DNA of 32,000 nt, from assembly GCA_000151265.1 (NCBI GenBank), contig GG663750.1, forward strand, positions 124,195 through 156,194, in the 5' to 3' direction. The stretch is from Micromonas pusilla. Its lineage: Eukaryota. Both the position numbers and the translations under genes were made by a program. Positions within the stretch are counted from its first letter, which is position 1. The number at the start of each line of letters is the position of its first letter. The notes below the pieces were generated by a model that had not been told where the DNA came from, did no database searches, and saw only the letters and a list, made by a program, of their open reading frames with translations. Shown one piece after another: positions 14,596 through 22,751 of this stretch.

Positions 14596-17420
14596 CTAAT
14601 CCTCGACCGCTACGCTACCGCTACTCGTGCTCGCGCGTAAGAGCGCCGCGTCGATCGCCTTCTCGATCGCGGCGTCGAACGTCGCCACGTACGCCTCGCG
14701 ACGACCGTCGACGCTTCCCTCTTCCGCCCCCACGCGCTTCTCCTCGTTCTGTTTTCGTTCGCGGACGAGGCGCAGCGCCGTCGCCGCCGCCGCCTGCGTT
14801 TGATCGGTCGAGGGAATCCGCGCGTCAGTCAAGAGTGTGTGTGATTGGTGGATATCGTTCCCACGTGTCGAAACGTGAGGTTCACAGCGCGCGAAAGAAG
14901 AGGTCGCCTTGAGAAAGAAACGACCATCGACGCGCGAACGGGAGCGTATGGGAAGCAGTCTCGTCTCACCGCCGACGCCGCCTTGGTCGCGCGCTCCGCC
15001 CGCTCTTTGAACTGCTCTCGGCTCAGCGTCCTCGCGTTCCACGCCGGCTTCAGCTTCTCCTTGACGCGTCGCGCGATCTCGTGCTTCGACGGCGCGCCGG
15101 TCTCGATCGACGCGACGCGCGCCGCCTCGCGCGCCTCGAGCGACGCCGCCGCGCGTCTGAAGGTCGAGGATCCATACGAAGCGAACGTCGGGGTGGAGTT
15201 GAAAGGCGTCAGTCGCAGTTGAAAGGCGTCGAGGCGTGTCGGGATTGAAAGCGAGGGGTGATGGGCGCAGAGAAATGCCGGGAAGTAAAGTCCTTAAGGA
15301 ACGGCGTTCACCACGCGAACGCGGTCGTATGGGGACCAGTGTGAGATAGAACGCACCTCCGACTGTCGGACAATGTCGGACAATGCGACACCGCGCCGGG
15401 AGGCACGAACCCCGTCGCCGGTCGCAGATGCCCTCGGCCGATCTCTCGCACGACGTCCAGCTCCGTCGGCGCTCGCGGCGGATCGGCGGCGAATGCGGCA
15501 CCGTTCTTCTTCTTCGCGGCGAACGCGGCGAGGAGGTCGTCGTCGTCGTCTTCTTCGCAAACGAACTCCCACGGCGCGCGGGGCCCCGCGGGCTCTGACT
15601 CCGACGACGCGTCGCTCTCGGACCACTCCGAGCGAACTCTCTTCTTCTTCTTCTTCTCCCGCGGCCGCGTCGGGTGAGTCCGCGTCTTCGCCCGCCCCGG
15701 CCGCGGCGGCGAGAACGACACGCCCGCGATGAGACGGACCGAGAGCCCCCCTCCGCCCGGCCCGGGCGGGGGCGTGGGGAGGCGCCGACGCGCGGGGACG
15801 GCCGGGCGCCGTCTGCGAACGTGCGCGGACCCCGACCCCGCCGCTGCCGCTGCCTCGCGTTCGCGAGTTAGCACCGCCACCGCGCGCGCCCTCGCGTCGT
15901 CCCCGCCGCCGCCCCTCGCGCGCGCCTTCGGTCCGACGCTCGGGTGGTTCGACTTCAATCCTTCCGCTTCCGCGCGCTTCATCGCGTCCCACGCGTCGTG
16001 CACCGCGTCGCCGAGCGCTTCCTCTTCGCCGGGCTGGAACGCGAACCGATCGTACGGGCGATTAGTCTGGTTCGCCACCGCCGCCGGGTCGAGGTCCGGT
16101 CGGTCCTCGACGGCGCCGGCGGCTCGATCCGCGGTCCCCGCGGTCCGCGTCGTCGGCGGCTCTCCCCTCCCTCCTCCTCCTCCTCCTCCGCGCGGATCAT
16201 CCCGCCCCGAGCTGAACCCGAGCTCGCCGCTGCGGTACCGTTCCCAGAGCTCTCTGAGCTCGGTCACGCGCGCGATTTGCCGCGAGCGATCGTCCGTCGC
16301 GGCCGGCGTCGAGCGGATCCCGCCGCCGACGCCGACGCCGACGCCGCCGACGCCGCGCCCGCCGCGCCCGCCGCGTCGGTTGACGTTCCGCGCGCTCGAG
16401 GCCGCGCGCAGCCGCGCGGCTCTCGCGCGCGCGGCGGCGAACGCCGCCGCGGACGCCGCCGCCTCCGCGTCGTCGTCCTCCGCGCGTTGAAGTCCCCGCG
16501 CGAGCGCCGCGTCCGCGTCCGATTGGTCGACGGCGTCCACGTCAGCAGAATCAGAATCGTCGTTCGCGCAAATGAGACACCGCCACGCGTCGTACGGCAC
16601 CTCGTCTAACCCGACGCAGTAGCAGTGGTACCCTTGGTCGCAGCCGTCGCACAGCATGAGCTTATCCTCGTCGCCGCCGTCGCCTGGTGGGGTTAAAGCG
16701 CCGACGCGTCGGGGTCAGTCGAACGTCTCGCCGGTTAAACGAACGCCGAAAGGAAAGCGCGGGCGGGGAAAGTCCAAAGTCCTTAAGGAACGGCGTGCAC
16801 TTCGCGAACGAGGTCGTACGGGAAGCAGTCTCACCGCATCGGCCGCAGAGGACGGTCTCGACGTCCACGCCGTCGGGCAGCTCGCCGCCGTCCGGGTCTT
16901 CGTACGTCTGGTCGCGCCGCGGGAGGTATATCCTCTTCAGCGGCTTATTAGGCTTCTTCGCTCCTCCGCGACTTCCCCCCCGCGTCGTCGTCGTCGTCTT
17001 CGTCTTCGTCTTCGCGTCGGTTGACGTTCCGTCTTCCCCCGCGACGTCGACGTCGACGTCGACGTCTTCGGGTTGAATGAACGAGAAGCGCGCCTTACAC
17101 AGCGGACAGCGGGTCTCGATCTTGGCCCATCGCTTGATGCACGCGACGCAGAACACGTGCGCGCACGAGTCCAAGCGTCCGCGTCGCGAGACGTCCTCTT
17201 GGCATATCGCGCACTGGTCGCCGAAGAAGGGCAAGGACGCGCGCGGCGCGTCCGCGTCCGCGTCCGCGTCGGACGCGGGCGCGGGCGCGGGGGAGGACGA
17301 GGCGACGATCGGTGCCGCGTCGTCGTCGGGCGGAGGCGCGCGGTCGTCCGCCGCGGTCGCGTCGGTCGTCGGCTTCGGCTTCTGCGCCGCCTCGAGCGCG
17401 GCGCGGACTTTGGGTCTCAT
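14596..17420 (-). CDS. RING finger plus PHD finger protein (PHRF1-like)
   Basis: complement(join(14596..14793,14970..15156,15357..16683,16835..17420)). RING motif: CAICQEDVSRRGRLDSCAHVFCVACIKRWAKIETRCPLC. PHD motif restored by splicing: VLCGRC-G-DGGDEDKLMLCDGCDQGYHCYCVGLDEVPYDAWRCLIC. ATG 17420 is preferred over ATG 17525 because 17421..17525 has poor GC3. Confidence 0.75.
14794..14969 (-). mobile_element. Introner element type C (long form); last intron of the RING/PHD gene
   Basis: 176 nt, phase 0. Sequence GCG|GTGAGACGAGACTGCTTCCCATACGCTCCCGTTCGCGCG...GGGAACGATATCCACCAATCACACACACTCTTGACTGACGCGCGGATTCCCTCGACCGATCAAACGCAG|GCG. Confidence 0.8.
15157..15356 (-). mobile_element. Introner element type A; intron of the RING/PHD gene
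   Basis: 200 nt, phase 2. Donor CGGAG|GTGCGTTCTATCTCACACTGGTCCCCATACGACC, acceptor ...CGCTTCGTATGGATCCTCGACCTTCAG|A. Confidence 0.9.
16684..16834 (-). mobile_element. Introner element type B; intron splitting the PHD finger
   Basis: 151 nt, phase 1. Sequence TGCG|GTGAGACTGCTTCCCGTACGACCTCGTTCGCGAAGTGCACGCCGTTCCTTAAGGACTTTGGACTTTCCCCGCCCGCGCTTTCCTTTCGGCGTTCGTTTAACCGGCGAGACGTTCGACTGACCCCGACGCGTCGGCGCTTTAACCCCACCAG|GC. Confidence 0.88.
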
Positions 17421-17699
17421 GGCGTCACCGCGTCGCCATGACGCGCGAGCGCGTCGTCGTCGGCGTCGTTCGCGCGCGGAAGATCTGGTCGCCTCGATGA
17501 CAGCGAGTGCGACGAAATTAAACATAAAAATATTGTGGCAACTTTTGAAGAAAACGCGCGTCCGCCGCCGAAACGAACCGAGCGCTCGCGCGAGGAGACG
17601 GGCGAGCGTTCACGGCGAAACGCGTTCACGAGTAAATAATATAAAGACAGGATAAAACAAGGTAAATAAGGTAATCAGGGTGGGTTTCGGGCGCGACGC

Positions 17700-17754
17700 T
17701 CACTCCAGGGAGCCTCGCAGCATCGCGCCGAAGCCTCCTTCGCACGAGCCACCT

Positions 17755-17785
<31 letters not shown>

Positions 17786-20199
17786 GCGCCGCGGCCTCCC
17801 CCTCCGGCTGCGTCTGCATCTCGTCGCACACGCCGCGGACGAGCCCTTCGATGTACGGCTTCCAAAGCCGCGCGCGCGCGTTCACGAACCAATCGCCAAC
17901 CTGCTGCGGCGTCAGCCCGGTCTTCGCCGCGAGCTCTCGCTTCTCCTCTCGCGTCGGCACCGGCTTTCGACGCTCCGCGGTGGGGTAAAAGTGGTCCCAC
18001 AACCACTCGTGGAGGATCGCCTTCGCCTTCTTTGAGTGCCGGCCGTTCTTCCCGCCGCCGCCGCCGCCGCCGCCGTTATTTCTCGGCGGCGGCGTCGCGG
18101 GCGTCGCGGGGAGGAACGATAACCGCGGGGACGGGGACGGGGACGGGGACGGGGACGGGGACGACTTCGACTTCGCGTCGGCGTCGTCGTCGGCGTCGGC
18201 GTCGGCGGGGGCTCCGAGGACAACCTCGTCGCGCGCGCTTCGCTTCGTCGGCGGCGTGCCGACTTTCGCGAGGTGCGTCCACGTCTGAGAGTGGCTCCTT
18301 CGCACGCCGCCGGCGCTGTCGAGAGCGAGAGCGTCGCCCGGGCCGAGCCCGAGCCCGAGCCCTCGCGGCGCGGCGGAGCTCGGTGACTTGAACGGTCGCG
18401 CCGCCGCCGCCGCCGCCGCCGGGCGGATCGGTTCCAACGAGCTCGCGCGCGTCGTCGTCGTCGTCGCCGCCGCCGCGCCGCCGAAAGCCGCGGTCGCCTC
18501 GACGTCCTCGACGAACCGGTCGAGCAGCTTGAACCGGCACTCGCAGAACCTGGCGCCGTCGGGGTGAAGTTAAAAGTTCAAAGGCGCGTCGGTCGGAGTT
18601 GAAAGGCGTCGCGCGGGTCGAGCGTCGAAACCGAGGGGCGGGCGGGGAGAAGCACGACACACGCCGGGAGAGAAAGTCCTCGTTGAAGTCCTTAAGGAAC
18701 GACGTTCACCACGCGAACGCGGTCGTACGGGGACCGGTGCGACGAACGGGACGCGCCTCGTCCGCGCCGCGTTCACCGCGTCTTCGCGGACGGCGCGTAA
18801 CACCTCGCTGCCGGCCGTTTCGCCGCCGCTCGAGACGGATCTCGCGAGCGTCTTGTGAAGGACATCCTCCTCGGCCGCGTCGAGACGAGTTAACTCGATG
18901 GTAAACGCTCGCACGACGCGCTCGATGTCCTTCGCGCGGCGCGTCGACGTCGCGCGCGCGAGCTCGTCGGCGCGCGTTTTTATCGCCCTCGACGCCGATC
19001 GCGCGTCCGCCGCGTCTCGCCACCGCTGCGGGTGTAAACGCTCGAGCGACGACCGTTGCGCGGTGGTGGTGAAACGGTCAGGGGAGGTGTGTTGTTGTTG
19101 TTGTTGTCGTTGTCGTTGTTCCCTTTTCGCCGCGCTCTTGCTCTTTCGAACGCGCGCGCCGCCGTGCTTTCCGACGTCGTCGTCGCCTGAGCCGCCGAAG
19201 ACGAGACTTCGCAGCACTGAGGGTCGTTCCATACAAAGCGAGGTCGGGGTGGAGTTGAAAGGCGTCAGAAGGAGTTGAAAGGCGTCGAGGGCGGGGATTG
19301 AACGCGAGGGGTAGGCGGAGAGACGCGCCGGGAAAAGTCCTTAAGGATCGGCGTTCACCACGCGGACGCGGTCGTATGGGAACCAGTGTGAGATAGAACG
19401 CACCTGAGCTCGCGTGCGTCGCCACCGCGTCGTTCGTGAGCGCATTAGTAACCGTCGCGTTCGTGGCGTTATTAGTGTGGTGCGTGGTCGAGTTGGGGTA
19501 CATCATGATGTTGTCGATCGAGTCGTTGGTCGCGTTGTCCGTCGCGGGCCAGGTCGAGAAGAGCGCGTCGTGGAAGTCGCCGCGTGCGCCGCCGCCGCCG
19601 CCGGGGGAGCCGAACGCGTCGCACGCGTCGTCGAAGATATCCGCGAAAACGTCCGCGGCGTGTGCGTTATCATATCCCAATCCCACGTCGCGCGGCGGAT
19701 GTAACGCGCTCGCGGCAGCTTGAAACGAAGACCCGCAGTAGATGGACGCGTCGTCGACGTCGAACTCCATCGCCGTCGCGCTCGCGCCGTCGGCGTCGCC
19801 GTCGCCGTCGCCGTCGCCGCCGCCGCGGACGTGCGACTCGAAAGCGGATAACAACGCGTCCCAGCAGTCGTCGTCCGCGCCGCCGCCGTTCGGGAGCGGG
19901 GCGTCGTCGAACGCGAGGTCAGAAGCGGACGCTTGCGACGCGTCGGACGCGGTCGAGGACCGGCGATTTCGCGCGTCGTCCGAGGGGGGCGGACGCGGGT
20001 CGCCTCCGATTTTTTTGATTTTTTCGCACGTCGCCGCCGCGAAGCCGGCGGCGATGTCGAAATCGAAGACGACCCCCTTGAGCTCCCCGGGGATTCGCGC
20101 GCCGGCGCGCGCGCGCGCCGCGTCCGCGTCCGCGTTCGCGCCGCTCGGGAGGAGGAGTTTCACCTCCACGACGCTCGCGTCGTGCTCGTGCGCGGTCAT
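17700..20199 (-). CDS. TALE-class homeodomain protein, BELL-like (WFVNARARLWKP)
   Basis: complement(join(17700..18549,18757..19216,19404..20199)). Homeodomain: SKKAKAILHEWLWDHFYPTAERRKPVPTREEKRELAAKTGLTPQQVGDWFVNARARLWKPYIE. WF.NAR.RLWKP is the BELL-type helix-3 signature, whereas KNOX has WFINQRKRHWKP. All three exon phases check: 796, 460 and 850 nt. Confidence 0.8.
18127..18162 (+). repeat. (GGGGAC)6 hexanucleotide repeat with G-quadruplex potential on the plus strand; encodes (SP)6 on the minus strand
   Basis: Run ggggacggggacggggacggggacggggacggggac, six G4 runs with 2-nt loops. It lies inside the homeobox coding region (SPSPSPSPSPSP). Confidence 0.85.
18550..18756 (-). mobile_element. 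Introner element type A variant (GCGCGTCCCGTTCG head); intron 2 of the homeobox gene
   Basis: 207 nt, phase 2. Donor ACGAG|GCGCGTCCCGTTCGTCGCACCGGTCCCCGTACGACCGCGTTCGCGTGGTGAACGTCGTTCCTTAAGGAC, acceptor ...CACCCCGACGGCGCCAG|G. Confidence 0.88.
19217..19403 (-). mobile_element. Introner element type A; intron 1 of the homeobox gene
   Basis: 187 nt, phase 1. Donor AGCTCAG|GTGCGTTCTATCTCACACTGGTTCCCATACGACC, acceptor ...TTGTATGGAACGACCCTCAG|TG. Confidence 0.9.
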
Positions 20200-20900
20200 G
20201 GCGTCAGTATCGCGCGCCGCGTCGCGGGCGGCGCGGCCTGAGAGGACGGAGCGGAGGAGGGAGGAGGACGACGGGCGCGTGACGACTACGGCGCGGGCGT
20301 TTGTGAATCAGACTTTACAGTACGTCAAAGATGGCGCGGCGGCCCCCCGCGGGGACGCGACGCCGCGCGCGACGCCGCGCGGGTTTTCGAAGAGAGACGC
20401 TTCGTCGAGCGCGCGCGCGACGTTCCCGCGCGGCGCGACGCGGCGGGAGAGGACGCGATCGGCGCGTCGCGGGGTCGTCGCGGGGTCGAATCGCGGATTC
20501 ATTCATCCGCGCGAGGAGGACGGATCTCACCACTTGGCGCGTTTTCTGTCTCGGCGCGGCGGCGCGCGAGCGGCGACGTCGCCGCGGCGTTCGAGGCGGC
20601 GCGCGGGATGCGCGCGGCGTCGACGCGCTGAGGAGCTTCCTTCGCGGGGTCGCGGGGTCGACCCCGCGGGGTGGGGTCGACTCGCGCCGCGGACGAGATG
20701 AATGGCGCGCGGGGGCGATTTCCTCGTACGCTGAGAAGGCGATAAGAAAAAATAACGGCTTTTCACCCTGGGAGCTGAAGCGCGATCGGCGGTCTCGCCG
20801 CGATGACAACGGTTTGAAAAAATACCAAAAAAACGATTTTGAAAACGCCATCGATCGTAGAATGCGGAAACCAAACGTCGACGGCGGAGACGCGCGCGTG

Positions 20901-22056
20901 ATGAAACCTCGCGCCGACCGTCCAACGATCGGCACCGCACACCCGCGGCGCGGCCCACCCCCCGCCCCCGCGCGCTTTCGATCCACCCGTCGTCTCGTCG
21001 TCATGCTCGCGATCGTCTACGTCTCCGCGTTCGTCGTCGCCGCGTGGGCGCCGTTCGCGTATCATCACCGCGCCGTCCACGGCGTCGTCAACCCGACGCA
21101 CCTCGCGCTGACGCTGTTCAACGCGATCAATCTGCTCATCTGCCTCTGGGAGAACGCGCTGTATCTCCACGTGAAGAAGATCCGAAAGAAGTACCTCGCG
21201 ATGAAGCGAACGCTCGGCCACGGGACGTTCCCGCCGAAACTGTGCCTGTTCGAGGACGTGAGCCTTCGCGACGCGCTGACGTACGAGCACTGGGGGATCG
21301 TGTGGGCGACCTACTCGCTGCTAGATCCGTCGTACTCGGATCAGGTGCGTACTATACACTGGTCCCCATACGACCGCGTCGGCGTGGTGAACGCCGATCC
21401 TTAAGGACTTTTCCCGGCGCGTCTCTCCGCTCATCCCTCCCTTTCAATCCCCGCCCACGACGCCTTTCAACTCCAACTGACGCCTATGAACTCCACCCCG
21501 ACATCGCTTCGTATGGAACGACCCTCAGACGTCGTTCGGGTTCTGGATCGACAGCGGCAACGGCGTCGTGACGATGATTCCGACGCTGATGCTGAGCGTG
21601 GGGGCGACGTGGACGATCCCCGGGGTGGACGCGCAGGCTCTGGGGGTCGTGGGGATCGTGTTCAACTATCAGGCGCGTTCACGTTTACGCCGGTTCCCGC
21701 GCGACCGCGTCGGCGCGGTGAACGCCGTTCCTTGAGGACTTTATCTCCCGTCGCGTCTCTCCGCCCATCACCACTCGCGTTCGATCCCGACACACCGCGA
21801 CGCCTTTCAACTTCAAACACTGACGCCTTTCAACCCCACCCCGACGTTCGCTCGTATGGACAATTACCCTCAGATGCTCTACGGCACGGTGTTGTACTTC
21901 GGGAACTACCTGAAGAATCAGTACTACCGCGGCACGAGCGCGGCGTACGTGGGTTTAGTCGTCGCCATGAACGCGATATGGATCGTGTTTCCCGCGGCGT
22001 GGATGTGGATGTGCTGGGGGATGATCCGGACGGGGAGCCTGGACGCGCTTCGATGA
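20901..22056 (+). CDS. EBP/EXPERA-domain membrane protein (emopamil-binding-protein-like)
   Basis: join(20901..21344,21529..21672,21874..22056). Spliced sequence reads ...LTLFNAINLLICLWENALYLH...EHWGIVWATYSLLDPSYSDQ|TSFGFWIDSGNGVVTMIPTLMLSVG...VGIVFNYQ|MLYGTVLYFGNYLKNQYY...VAMNAIWIVFPAAWMWMCW. It resembles recalled EBP features (W.EY...D.RY, QIYGDVLYF, MNALWLVLP). The start is uncertain (ATGs at 20862, 20901 and 21003). Confidence 0.6.
21345..21528 (+). mobile_element. Introner element type A; intron 1 of the EBP-like gene
   Basis: 184 nt, phase 0. Donor GATCAG|GTGCGTACTATACACTGGTCCCCATACGACC, acceptor ...CGCTTCGTATGGAACGACCCTCAG|ACG. Confidence 0.9.
21673..21873 (+). mobile_element. Introner element type A, diverged copy; intron 2 of the EBP-like gene
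   Basis: 201 nt, phase 0. Donor TATCAG|GCGCGTTCACGTTTACGCCGGTTCCCGCGCGACCGCGTCGGCGCGGTGAACGCCGTTCCTTGAGGAC, with the palindrome degraded to CCTTGAGG. Acceptor ...CGCTCGTATGGACAATTACCCTCAG|ATG. Confidence 0.88.
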
Positions 22057-22751
22057 GGAGGCGGCCGGGTCTCGTCGTCGGATTGATTTTTTTATTCGCG
22101 TCGCGGCGTCGGCGGCGGCGGCGGGAGAGGCAGCGGCGGCGCGCCGAGCCACGCGCGATCGCACTAGCTTAGACTACAGTAGATACTGTATTCATCACGC
22201 GCGCGATCGATCGAATCGAACGCGCGCCGCGCGAACGTCGACGACGAAGCCTCGACCCGCCTCGTCGAAAACCGCGAGCAGGGAAGAAAAAAAAATGGCA
22301 GACAAGTGCAAAAACTGTGCTGAAAAATCGCCGCGAAAATTTTTTCCTCCGATTCGCCATTCGCGCGCGCTGATTGGTCGTTCGCCGCGGTGAAGCGCGC
22401 TGCATCTCTCCACCTCTGGTTCTGGATGTGCGTCCGCGTCCCTGCGCTTTTCCACCCTCGTCGTCAGCACTTCTCAGGCGCACGCCGCTCTGTACCTCCC
22501 AGGTGCGCGCTGGGCTCGCGATCCTCCCGCGCGCGCGTCTTCTTCGCGCGCGTCCCTCGCGTCTTCACCGTCTTCACCGTCATCGCCGCGCGCGTCGCGT
22601 CGACGCCGCGTCGTCGAAATCCCTGCGGCGTCTCGCGTCCGTCTCGGTCTTTTTCGCGCCCGCGCGTCGCACCCATCTTCGCGCTCGTCGCCTCACCCGC
22701 GCGCCCTCCCGCATCCCAACAGGCGACCGCTCCTCCGTCCTCCGTCACACG

